From Perna viridis (Eukaryota), in contig CM074517.1 in assembly GCA_037379345.1 (NCBI GenBank), positions 5,022,001 to 5,086,000 of the forward strand: a stretch of DNA of 64,000 bases, read 5' to 3'. A program made the position numbers and the translations under genes. Positions 1-12,331 of the stretch are shown here, in pieces; positions within the stretch are counted from its first letter, which is position 1, and each line of letters opens with the position of its first letter. The notes under the pieces are model-generated. The model saw only the letters and a program-made list of their open reading frames with translations, had not been told where the DNA came from and did not search any database.

Positions 1-18
1 GCAAATATTTAGACTGCC

Positions 19-182
19 AATATATACTGAATATCACATGTCAAAATCTGTATTGCATGCTGTATGAACCCAAAACTCCTATATGATCCCAAGGGCCACC
101 GGCCCACGGGTGATATAGGTCGAGGGGTGGTACAGCAAGTGATACAGATTTTAACATGTGATGTTCATTATATCATATATTT
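19..182. mobile_element. Palindromic (foldback) MITE-like element
   Basis: Arms ATCACATGTCAAAATCTGTATTGCATGCTGTA (33-64) and TACAGCAAGTGATACAGATTTTAACATGTGAT (131-162) are near-perfect reverse complements. Nested inner stems CCTATAT..CCC/GGG..ATATAGG and GGGCC/GGCCC. Confidence 0.6.
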
Positions 183-441
183 CAACCATACTTCTAGTAA
201 AACTATGGTCTGTAAAGAGGTGTGATATAGGGTATGTGACATAAGACAGACAATATAGGGTTTAACCAAACACTTCTAATGCATATATAAAAAAGTGGTA
301 TTTTAAGGTAAATATATGATATACATGTATATCTGTACATTATCATTGTTGACTGACCAATGTGTTGTTTTGTTTACCTATAGTAACCACTGTTAACCTT
401 GATAAAAATATATTATAAATGTATCTAACTTTTTTTTTAAA

Positions 442-1331
442 TTTTTAGCTCACCTGGCCAAAGGCCATGTGAGCTATTGCCATCACTTGGCATCGGTCGT
501 CGTCGTCGTCCTTTGTCATCATTAACAATTATACAAAACTCTTCTCCTCTGAAACTACTTGACTAATTAGTACCAAACTTGGTGTGAATGTTCCTTGGGG
601 TATCCTGCAAAGAACTGATGTGGGGATTTTTGATTCGTCAAAAAACATGGCCGCTGTTACTAAAAATAGAACACAGGGGTCAGACAGTAGTTTTTTGCAT
701 ATATCTCCTAAACTGTTAGGTTTAGCTGAATTGTGATGTGGGTTAAAGTGTTTAGCATGATGAGATCTATCTCTGGTCAAATTTTGGTTTTAATCCGTTA
801 AGCCATGTTTGAGTTATTGCCCCTTTTCAACGATTTTTGCTATTTTTAATGTTATTTCTTTTCAAAATCTTTTCCTCTGACATGACTTGACCAATTGAAA
901 CCAAACTTGGTATGAATGTTCCTTGGGGTATACTGCATAGAACTGACATGGGGATTTTTGATTCGTCAAAAAACATGGCCACCATTACTAAAAATAGAAC
1001 ATATGGGTCAGACAGTAGTTTTTCACATATATCTCCTAAACTGTTAGGTTTATCCAAATTCTTTCAGCAGCTGAAATAATCCATATTATTAGGACTACAA
1101 GAGTCTTCAGACTCCTTGTAAGAGTTATTGACCTTGAAAGGGGAAAAATGACTTTTTTTTAAAGTTTTCAGTCAATATCTTGAAAACTTTCAATTGTTGA
1201 AAAGATCTTGTGATAGCACTACCAAAGACTTCTTCAGTCAAAATTGTTGGACAACATCTTGTTTAATTTATTGCCTTTGAAAGGCAAAATTCAAGAAGGT
1301 TAGCAATTCAGGCTCCTGGGAGCCTATTGTT
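442..1331 (+). mobile_element. Non-autonomous Helentron-associated element (HINE; pearl/CvA-like) with satellite-type core repeats
   Basis: Starts TTTTTAGCTCACCTGG...GTGAGCTA, followed by a (GTC)n microsatellite and two ~330-bp core copies (~535-860, ~870-1060; these produce the twin ORFs 529..780 and 827..1057). Ends with a sub-terminal IR-like AGGTTAGC, palindrome AGGCTCCTGGGAGCCT and TTGTT. This is the typical bivalve pearl/HINE architecture. Confidence 0.75.
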
Positions 1332-1736
1332 TAATTTTTTATCTTTTTTTTTATTATTTTATCTAGAAAAACTGGAGCAATTTATCTGTAACTGGTAGAA
1401 CTAGAATTAGATGGATTGTTTTTACTCTGATGGAAAGGTCAAAATTAAACACACCAAATTTAAATATGCACATTTTGTAAGAACATTGTTAAAATAAACG
1501 ACACAAAAATATCCCAATTAAGGTAATATTGACAAACCAATTTTTGAAATAAAATGTTGTGTACTTAGATTGGTATTGCACAGTGAATATTCATTGTCTT
1601 CTACAGTTGAAGCAATGACCCAAAAGAATTGAATTTGGGGAAATTAACATCTGTATTTATTCTCATGTATTAGTTTATCTCTTTAGGCATATACTCAGTT
1701 TATTTTGTGAATATTTTAGTTAATCAAATGTCAGAG

Positions 1737-2120
1737 TTCACTGACCTGAAATCTCTCCAGAAGAAACCACAGCACAAAAGTATCACTGATCTCAAAAGTG
1801 AGTAATTTAATCAAAGTACCACTGATCCCAAAACTGAGTTATGTGACATAAAGTATCACTGATCTCAAAAGTAAGTTAAGTGACGAAAGTATCACTGATC
1901 TCAAAAGTAAGTTATATGACCAAAGTATTACTGATCTCAAAACTTAAGTTACATGACTAAAAGTATCACTGATCTCAAAAATAAGTTTTGTCATCAAAGT
2001 ATCACTGATCTTGAAGCTAAGTTATGAGATCAATTCATCTTTTATCTCATAAATGAGTAAAATGGTCATAATATTAATGATTTCAACATTAAGTTAAGTA
2101 ATTGATGTACCACTGATCAA
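1737..2120. repeat. Degenerate ~36-37 bp minisatellite (AAAGTATCACTGATCTCAAAAGTAAGTTA...)
   Basis: AAAGTATCACTGATCTC-like cores recur near 1777, 1813, 1850, 1886, 1922, 1960 and 1996; decayed copies flank them. Confidence 0.85.
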
Positions 2121-3042
2121 TGTCAATTCTTTATTTAATATGTATCTACAAAAAATACTGAAGCGTCAACAGTGAGACATTTCAAATATGTCAAAATCCT
2201 AGTACAGGGCCAGTTAAAAACAGAACACAGAGACAATCTACATGTACATTGTAATAAATTGAATAAAATAGATTACATATATAAACTGACGATGAGGAAA
2301 ACAAGATGTAACACAAAAAACTAAAGCACTGTTTCATGCTTATTGCATATGTTAAGAATACTTTCAGTCCCCCCTTTTAATTTTCTATTATTATACACGC
2401 CTTGAAGTTTACCAATATGTTTCACGACCTGGTTTATACAGTTTCAATTTACAATTTACAGTTTACAATTTAGTTTTTTTCTTCTATACCAATAATTCCC
2501 CTTTGATTTTGGGAATAGATAAGGCTCTAGTGTTGTTTTTTTATAGTATTGATGAAGAATAAAATTGGCCGTATGACATTGTGTAAAATAAAAACTAATA
2601 ATTGTGTAATGGATAAAATGCATTTCATAATTAATTGTATAAGAAGAATTAGTTCTCCTTACTAGTAATTAGTCTTTACAGTGCAAACTGGTGTATCCAA
2701 ACAGGAAAAAAAAATAGACTCATAACTGAGTACATCCGTCAAACAGGCATGCTGAACTTAGTACATATTGATATGAATATATGTTTATGTTGACTTATGA
2801 AAAAATGTATAAACCTAGAACTCAGTAGTTATTAATATGTAATTTTTTGATAATTTGATGATCATTATTATTTTACCAAAGTTACAGATATCCAACAACA
2901 ACTTGAGAATACTATCATACAGAAAAAAATTATAATATTTAACAGAGAATATCCTTCTGACAATCAACTATTCAGCTTGGGAAGTTGGTTTTTAGAAGGT
3001 CTCCCTCTTGGTTGTATAATATAATGTATATTTATTTTGTAG

Positions 3043-5504
3043 GTCGTTGTGATTTGTTACCGGGGAACAAACTTATGCCACTTAGTAGTGTGCGTCGTGA
3101 TAGTAACACAAGTACAATAAGTTCATACCTTAGTAGTATGAGATCAGATGCTAGTCCATTTCCTCTTAGTAGTCATATCTCAAGTCGCAGATCAAGTGAT
3201 GTGTCACAGATATCTAATAATCGCCTGAGCATTACAAATTCTCCTTATGAATATGATATAACAGGAAATATTCCTATTCATGGACGTCATGTTCAGGATA
3301 ATAGCAGACGGTCAAGTGAAACCAGCAACATGAGTGACATTGCCGCTCAGCTTCAAAAAGCCCAGCTCGGCAGTCATCCTAATCTTGTTGTACAGTCTCA
3401 GGCTATGACATTACGTAGTCCCTCAAGTAAATATGCTCACGAGAGAGTTGCAAGATTTTTATCTGCTCGTCATGATTTAGACCGAGCTGGTACTAGTACT
3501 CCATGTCGAACACCACTACCTCATGAAATACCAAACCGTGAAGTCAGAAGAGCTAGTGATCCGGTGCGGACTTTAGATCCTAATTTTAGTGCACTTAAAA
3601 AATTGCAACGATATCATAGTTTGAACATGATGAAACCTTTGCCAGTTCCTCAGGCTATGAAAAGTCTAATGAACAAAACTGGCTCAAATAACACTTTCCA
3701 TTCTTCTAGGAGTAGTATAGCTACAGACTATAGTTTGCAAGAAAATGATGAATATGGGTCACCAGGTCGCAATGAACAAGATCATGAGGCTGCTTTAAAT
3801 GAGCAACTAATGGCTGACAATGAGGATATGATCATTCCTGATGACATGCAGAGATTTCTTAATGAGTGTTATAGTCATGGAATACCTAGCAGTATTCAGG
3901 AAATGGATGCATTTCAAGAGAATGAAATCCCAAATGACACTGGCTCTAATCAGCAGATGCAAATTGGGGATGGAAACAATATGCAAATGTCTCCTGGTTA
4001 CTATGGAAACCAGAATTCTATGTTTGCAAGCAATCAGCAAGGACAAATGCAAGCTAACAATATGAGACAAATGCAAAGCAATGGTATGCAAAATAATATG
4101 CAAATGAATTCCACGTGGGATCAAGGTTACAATATGCAAAACATGCCTCAAGGAGGAAACATGAATTGCAACAGTATGCCTCAAAACTCTTCCGGAAATA
4201 TGATGCCACCTAACTCATCAAATAACATGATGCCCCCACCCTCAACAAATATCATGCCTCACCCTCCGTCCATGAATAAACAGGCTCATAATGGGCCAAT
4301 GAATAATATGCAAATGATGAATATGGGAAATCAGAGTATGCAGCAAAGAATGAATAATGGCAGCAACATGCATGGCAATATGCAGATGGCTCAAAGTGGT
4401 GGAAGGAACTTTAACAGTGGCCAACAAATGGGCATGAATCAATGGCAGATGATGCAGAACAGTGGCAGTAATGAACAGTTTATACAGGAGAAGCCACCAC
4501 ATCCGCCAAGTATGCCCAAATCAAATCAGAGACTTAACATGAGGAGAATGGCAATACAAGCCATGGCACAACAGGGTGGTCAGAATTTGATGATGAATCA
4601 GATGGGTGGGTACATGAATAATCAGCAAAATAATATGAATAACCCTCAAAACATGAATAATCCACAAAACATGAATAATCCACAAAGCATGAATATGCCC
4701 ATGCCTGCTGGACAAAATATGCAAATGAATGGTGGTGAAAGTATGCCTATGCCAATATCTGGTGGTCAAAGTATGAACAATATGCAAATGCAGGGTCAGA
4801 TGAGCACTGAACCTATGTTGAACCAGATGCAGTCTGGTTTAATGTTACCTCCACAACCCCCTGTAAACAAACGAGAATCTCAGAGCCCACAAGTACAAGT
4901 ACCTCATATAAGTACGTCACAAGTTCCTGCTCGGGAAAAGGCAAATCACAATCAGATGATGCAACAACAGAATGAGATGATGGCCAATCAGAATAACGGT
5001 AACAATATGCCAAGGACCAATCAAAATAGTTTTAACAATCAGAACTTGTATCAACAAATGCAAGGTAACCAGAATGTAAACCAGACTGGTAACCATGGTA
5101 ATATGATGTATCCTGGCAACATGTACAATCAAAATCAACAACAAATGTGGAATCAACAAAGTATGAATCGTCAAATGTCAAACAATCAGCGATATTCAAA
5201 CAATCCAATGGAAATGTCACCAGGGTGTAACCAGGTTACTAGTTCTACTGATCGGGAAGAACCAGTTCAACCGATTGAAGACTTTATGGAGAATATCAAC
5301 TCGATATCTCAAGAAAACCTGTTAGATAATATGAGTTCTGTGTCTGGACATACATGTACAAGTTATATACCCCCTGGTGGCAATCGATCTGAATCTCAAT
5401 CATCTCGATATTCGATGATGTCAAATAACATGGTCGTTAATGACATGAGCTCAGTTCTCACTCAGTTAGCTCAGGAAAATAAGTATTTGAACATGCGTCA
5501 CTGA
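3043..5504 (+). CDS. gli: Terminal coding exon of a Gli/Cubitus interruptus zinc-finger transcription factor (zinc fingers lie upstream, outside the window)
   Basis: Acceptor TTTTGTAG at 3035-3042 (phase 1). Gli/Ci PKA cluster RRDSNTSTISS, SRRSSDVSQ, SRRSSETS and RRASDPVR. Gli C-terminal motif NMVVNDMSSVLTQLAQENKYL. Stop TGA at 5502-5504. The ORF-track start at 2985 is intronic. Confidence 0.93.
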
Positions 5505-8500
5505 TAAAGTTGTTCTGTAGTTAATCTTTACAATACTTTGTTGTATAATATAGATAAAGATGTGCTTATGTTTTTAATCTTTGTTGATGTGGTAATCTTG
5601 TTAATGTAGAAATGTATGTTATCAATATTCTGTTTTAAGGAATATACATGAAGGATTTTTTTTTCTGATTTTTAGTTTAAAAAGTGCTAAACAATGAATT
5701 TATTTAGTTAAAAATTAGTATGGTTCTTTAAGAGAATTTGGAAATTGACAGAAACTTGTTGAAATAATGTCTTATCATTTTTTTGTGTATATAGATTAAC
5801 TCCCTTTATTGAAGAAACTGAAAAGTTAGAAGTATACTTTTAAATAACTTAAGAAATAATTCTGATGAATTTCTGGTTTAAGGAATCGTCAATGGAAGAA
5901 AAAATATTAACATATCGGGTCCTTCACTTTATTTTCCTATAACAAATTGTTCTGTAAATAGATTGATATCGAGCCAAAAACTTAAAATTTGTTATTGCTG
6001 TTAGAGATTTTATCTTTTACTTCCTGTATGTTAGTGCTATTCTTTTTGACAGTGTATGTTAGTACTATTCTTTTTGACAGAGCTAGTTTCTGCTCTCTAA
6101 TTTGTTATAGAGAATCTGGAGTATTTGGTGCATTATCAATTGTTATATGGTGCTGATAGACAACAATAAACACCTTGGAATATTTTTAATGAGAATTTGT
6201 TATATATTTTTGTATATATAGAGAATGCAGAAAGTGCTATAATTTTAATAGATTTTTTTACTAGAATCATGCATCATTTTATATCATTGTGTATTTTAAT
6301 TCATTTACACTTTTAATGGTTTTTTTTCTGCAGTTATTCAGATAGATTTGTCTTTTTAATTATAAAACTTCTTTCAAGTCATTGTGATATTATTTCTCTG
6401 TTACCTTTGTGTAATGTTATATAGTGGGGCTTTTTCTCCCATTTAAAATTACTTTTCTCGGTTGTTTTTTATTTTGAAAGGATGACATTTCTGTCTAACA
6501 GTATATTACATTTCCATTTTTGACTTCCTAACTTTATACAGGTACATGAAATGAAACATTAATTCACTTTTGAAACTTTTGTATCTGCTTTGAAAGTTTT
6601 AAATGTCTGAACAAGAGTAATTTACAAGGTTAGAGCAACATAATCTCCATTATCTTTAGATTGTCAACCATTGGACAGGGATCCTGGTAGTTTAAATGTG
6701 CTGATTGTTTCTGTTTATAATGAATCTTTCTGAATTACACTGCAGAACATACATTTTTATATACACATATACTTTTTGTATCATATCCATTGTATTATAC
6801 ATTTTGTACAGAATCTATAGCTACTGTCACATGGATAAAAATATCTTTCGAGGAAAATATTGTTATTCTACACACTCCGATGGATTTGATTTGTGGAAAC
6901 CTATTATATTGATTTAGTTACATGAATGCCTGTCAGTAAAATCTCCTTTAGGTTTTTGTATTATGGTGGTTATTGTTTTACAGACCCTTGATTGTTGGTT
7001 AATATATCAATCATCTCTCAATGAAATGTATGGGTAAAATTGGTACATTACTGACACTGAACAAACTGTATTTGAAGTGTTCTTGAATTACTGATAAATT
7101 ACATTATTTTGAGTTTTTTTGTGTTGTTTTTTTTTTTTATTATTATTATTTCAAGTCACCCTCAAATTCTTTGGAAGTGATATTTGTTATGCATGATACA
7201 ATGAAGTTTGAAAAAAATATCAGCTTACAAAATACCACTTGATTAATATCAGAGAGTTACAAGAGATACAGTCTTATTAAAAGAAAATGTGGACAGCTAA
7301 TGTATGTGTGTTTTTTTAACAATCTTTTAAATTGTGACATAAATTAAATTAAAAGAACATAAATACTCAATTACCCCCCCCCCCCATTTTTCTAACATAT
7401 GTGTATCTAATACTAGTGTCCTAAACATACTCACTGTGTATTGTAGTTTTGGAGGAGAATCTCTCAAGTGATAATACTCACTTTTATTGGGTTTTTTTTT
7501 CATTTCATTAGAAAAATTAGAAATAAAGTCGCCCACCAACTAAACTTAATTTTTAGTCTACTTCTAGCATTTACTGTAGCCATTGTGCCATAAGTAAAAT
7601 ACTCAAGTTGAATACATATCTGTAAATCTGTTGTAGTAGCATTCTAACCCATCACCATGGTTTTGATAAAATGCCCTTTTTTATTAAGTAAATGCTCAAG
7701 TTACCCACATGAATAGTATTCAATACTGCCTTAAGCAATTTAGTGTTAAAAACAGTTTATGAAATATTTTCATGTGATTGAAAACAAAAGCTTTATTAAA
7801 TGATGCATTTTGTGCCTTTCTATTAATAAGTTGAGGATGATATGTTACATTTTTAATGAGATGACATCTGTACTTTGCATTATATTTTAAATGTATTCAA
7901 ACACCCTTTGTTCAAACTTGTGCCATATTGCATTTTAGGTACATATCAAAAGGTAAAACTTAAGTTTACTGCTCGGTTAGGATGGGTTTACCTCAGTGGT
8001 CAATAAGTAGTTAATAGTTTTGTGTCTACACCTCTGTCCTTATTTTTTCTCCCAAGAATATTAACTATTCCATTTGGAGTTCATTTTATAAAGTATAACC
8101 TTTTTAGACATTTTTTATTGAGAAATAATATTTTATTAGTGCCCAATCAAACTTTTTATTATGAATGGCAGGTAAATCAGCCTGGGGTATATTTTTCTAT
8201 GGAAATATTTATTCAGTTTTCTTAACATTAAAACATTTTATAGAATTTACACCAATGTTCTGAAAAATGAGTTTAAGACCTACATAAAATTTAATTTTAT
8301 AATTCATGGTTTTTAGTTTTTATCTTAAATTTTGACTGAAGATTAATTCTTCTCAAACGTAACATTAAACTTGAGTTCTACCTTGAATTTGTTGTGAAAT
8401 TCATTTGTTGTAGCAGCCATATCATCATTATTGTAAACATAACTAGTCTTGATTTTCTCTCAAGATTCAGTTAGGTTGTTAAATACACTGAGACAGATGT

Positions 8501-10179
8501 ATCAAGATATTTAGGTGATATCGAACTTGTTTTTTTATATATAAATAGTTATGGTATTTCCATTGTCATGTACTGAATAATCTGAATTTTATTTGTGACT
8601 TAATGGTTTTTACAAAAGCCTTTTATTACTAAGGATACTTCATGCATATTAATATTTTATTTGTACTGGGGATATTTGTAAAGAAACTCTTCTTTCTAGT
8701 GATCTGTTTTTAGGCAGTGTACAAATTTACCGGATGGAACTTCAATTTTTCATTTTCTGCGTAATACATATAGTTATAGCATGTTTAAATGATTTCTATA
8801 ATATGTATTTCTTTGTTGAAATGTATGAAGTAATGAAGCAAACAGAATCTTTTCAACCATACCATGAAAATATTGTGCCTTAATATGCATTTTAGATCAT
8901 CTTTTACCATTCAGTATGTATTTACAATTGTACCTTTCTTAACTTTATGTCATGTGAAATTTATTACACAAATGCTACTCATTTTTAGAAGATTTGAACA
9001 TTTGTTTTCAATTTAAAAGCTATGCAATTTAATACCAGATTTTACAGTATTTTGAGATCTCGATCATATGATCAACTTATTTTTGTAAAAGTAATTTTTA
9101 CATGAATTATGACTCGCATTAGAATTACTGTGCTGTAGAAGAAATATGGTTGTTTAATAAACTACTATTACCCTAGTTTGTCTGATTAATACCCTAGTTT
9201 GTCTTATATCACTTTGAAATGAAATGATGAAATGAGTGTTGAGGAACAAAGATGGATTATTCTATACAAATCAGCAGGAGGTTAAGGCTTTATTAGATTA
9301 GTTTAAACACTGCAGACATGTTCCTAACCATAGTCAAGAGATTGTCAATAGTATATCTTCTTCTTGTTATTTTATTTTGACAAAGTACTGCGGACTTTGT
9401 TACTTTTCTGGGCCTTCAAAGCTTAGCCTTATTAAAGGTGTGTTTACACTTATTGAAGACTTTGGTGATCTCTAAAAGTATTTGCTATTTTGTATTTAGG
9501 TTATATTCTGGTGCATTTGTTTAGTTTCACCATATCCGTTTCTTTTTTTATTTATGGGAAATCCTGTGGGTCCAAACTTTACTGTGTGTTATCAAAATTA
9601 GAGTTTCACTACGTACTGGATGGTCTGAATGAGATATTTTGTCCTGGCCATTTGCCTGTCTCTCTTCTGTTAGCCAAACTCTTCAGAAGCTAAGGACCTG
9701 AATTTCATTAACTTTGTAGGTAATTAGGTCATGTTATTAGCATACCTTGTGCACATTACCTGAACATTTTGATTATTTTAATTTTGTGGGAGTTCTGTCT
9801 CTTTTAACTTAATATTTCCAAAATATACAACTGAGGCAGCTTATCAACACAACTCCTCTGAAACTAATCAAATGAATCCCATGAAATTTGGAAGGTAGCA
9901 CAGTATGGGATAGTACCTGTAGCCTTGCTATAGGGGAGGTGTAAGATTTTGAAACTGGAAACAAACTTTAATTATACCACCCTTTTCCCCACAACCAAGT
10001 AAACACATTTCTTGGGATATCTAGTACCTATAAGACAGTTTTGTCATCTTGTGGAGATGTACATGAAAGTCTAGTATCAACAGATGCTTCACCTAAAAAT
10101 TGCAAGAGTTAGTCCTTATTACCCAATGGATTGTAATGGAAAAGTTGCAAGATTTTATATGTGTGGGGAGGGCTAAATG

Positions 10180-12321
10180 GCATGGCATGATTTAATGTTT
10201 TGGATAGTCAAACTGACGTGGAAGGATTTAATAATTATGGATTCGCCTCACTGACACTACAGGATTTTTGTAGTATTATATGGCCTCACTGGCATGGCAA
10301 GGTTTAATTGGTAGAGGATTGTCTGATTCAATCGGGAAAATATTGAGTAACAGGAATTGGAAAGTCGCACTGGCATAATCCATTAATCCATTAGGTAGGG
10401 ATAGTCTTACTTAAAAATTCTACTATATCAGTAAAACTAACCCCAAACATAACGATACCATGCCATATCAAAGCGACCATTTTATACCTGTCAATCTAGC
10501 CTACTAGCTAAACCATACCAAATGTTCATCAGGTATGATAGTTACATTGACAGTAGAGTATCATGTATAGGATAGTCTAGCTGACATACCAGGATTTCAG
10601 TATGTCACGAAAAGTTCCATTGACAGTAGGATTTTGTTTGATACGGGAATAGTCTCACTGACAAATAAGTTATAAGGATGCGATACCGGTAGTTTCTTGG
10701 GCAGGATATAGTTTTAGGATAGTCTCGTTGACATGGCAGGATATAGTTTTGGTATAGTCTCACAAATACAGCAGAATAGAGAAAGTCGCAGTGACATGAA
10801 AGGATTCATTTAGGTTTTGAGTAGTTTCGATAAGCTAGCAGGATTCAGTATATATTGGGTGTAATATTTGCTTTGATACAGCAGGAGATAATGAGTATGG
10901 TATGGTTGCACTGACAACATGTGATTTACATGATTACATTAGGTTTGGGGTAGTCTAACTACATGTAATCACAGACCCAGTAATATCCGAATACAGGATA
11001 GTTTCCGACTGACATGGCAATATTCCATAAGCTTGGGCATTAATAGCCTCACTGAAATGGAAGGATTTCAATAAGCAAGTGATTGCCTCAATGAAGTGGT
11101 AGGATTGCACTAGGTATGGGACAGTCTCACTGACATGGCAGGATTTCAGTAGGTATGGAATAGATAGCCTCACTGAAAGATTTCACTAGGTTGGTGATCA
11201 ATGGCCTCACTAACACGACAATTTTCATTAGGCTGGGGAAAGTTTCATGCACATTGGAGCCATTTGTAGGGTTTCTTTAGGTTGCCTAACTGACGACAAA
11301 GTTCAATAGGCAGAAGAATGTCTCACGGACATTGAAGGACTGATTTCCGTAGGTAAGAAACAGATAGCATCACTATTATGACAGGATTTTATCAGATATG
11401 GGGTTGCCTCACTGACGTGGCAGATTTCATTAGGCAGGGGAAAGTCTCACTCACATGGCAAAGATTTCAATATGGCCTCACTGACAGAGCAGGATTTCAT
11501 TAGATATGGGGAAAGATAGCATCACTAAAATGGAAAAATTTCGGTAGGTAGGTGATAGTCTCACTGACATGGCAGGATTTCAATGGGTAAGGGATAGCCT
11601 CACTGACATGGCACATTTTATTAGGCATGGGAAAGTCTCACTGATATGACAGTATTGCCTTTGGCAGAGAATAGATAGCCTCACTAAAATGACAGGATTT
11701 CATAAGCCAGGGAATAAATGGCCTCACTGACATTACAGGATTTCATTAGATATGGGATAGCCTCACTGATATGATATGGTAAATTTCATTAGGCGGGGAA
11801 AGTCTCGCTGATATGGCATGATTTCAATAGGTAAGGAGACATGTCAGGATTTCATTATGTAGGAGATAGATGTGTGCCTTCCTGACAAGGCGGACTTTCA
11901 TTAGATAGGCGATAGGTTGCCTTACTGACAAGGCGGAATTTCATTAGGTAGGTAATAGATAGTCTCACTGACATTGCAGGATTTCATTTGGTATGGGTTA
12001 GTCTTGCTGACATGGCAGGATTTCATTAGGTGGTGAATAGATAGCATCACTGACATTACAGGGTTTCTTTTGATATGGGTTAGTCTCGTTGGCATGGCAG
12101 GGTTTTATTAAGTGGTGAATAGATAGCGTCATTGACATTACAGGAGGATAGTCTGACATTGTAAGTTTTTATTTTGTATTGGATAGTCAGTCCATCTGAA
12201 CCCTACACGATTAAATAGGTATAGGACATTTCATGATATCATTTAATTTAGGATAGTCTCACTGATCAAGTAATATCTGAAACGTATGGGATAGCCCCAT
12301 TGACATGGCAGGATTTCATTT
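10180..12321. repeat. Degenerate ~39-bp satellite (GATAGTCTCACTGACATGGCAGGATTTCATTAGGTATGG); resumes at ~16005-16090 after the LINE
   Basis: Dozens of diverged copies of CTCACTGACATGGCAGGATTTCA, best conserved at 11120-12320. Confidence 0.85.
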
Positions 12322-12331
12322 GATTTATGAT

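Noticed and set aside
3807-5220. His/Ile-rich antisense ORFs over the Gli exon
   Set aside because: Shadows of ATG/AAT/CAA-rich codons on the sense strand.
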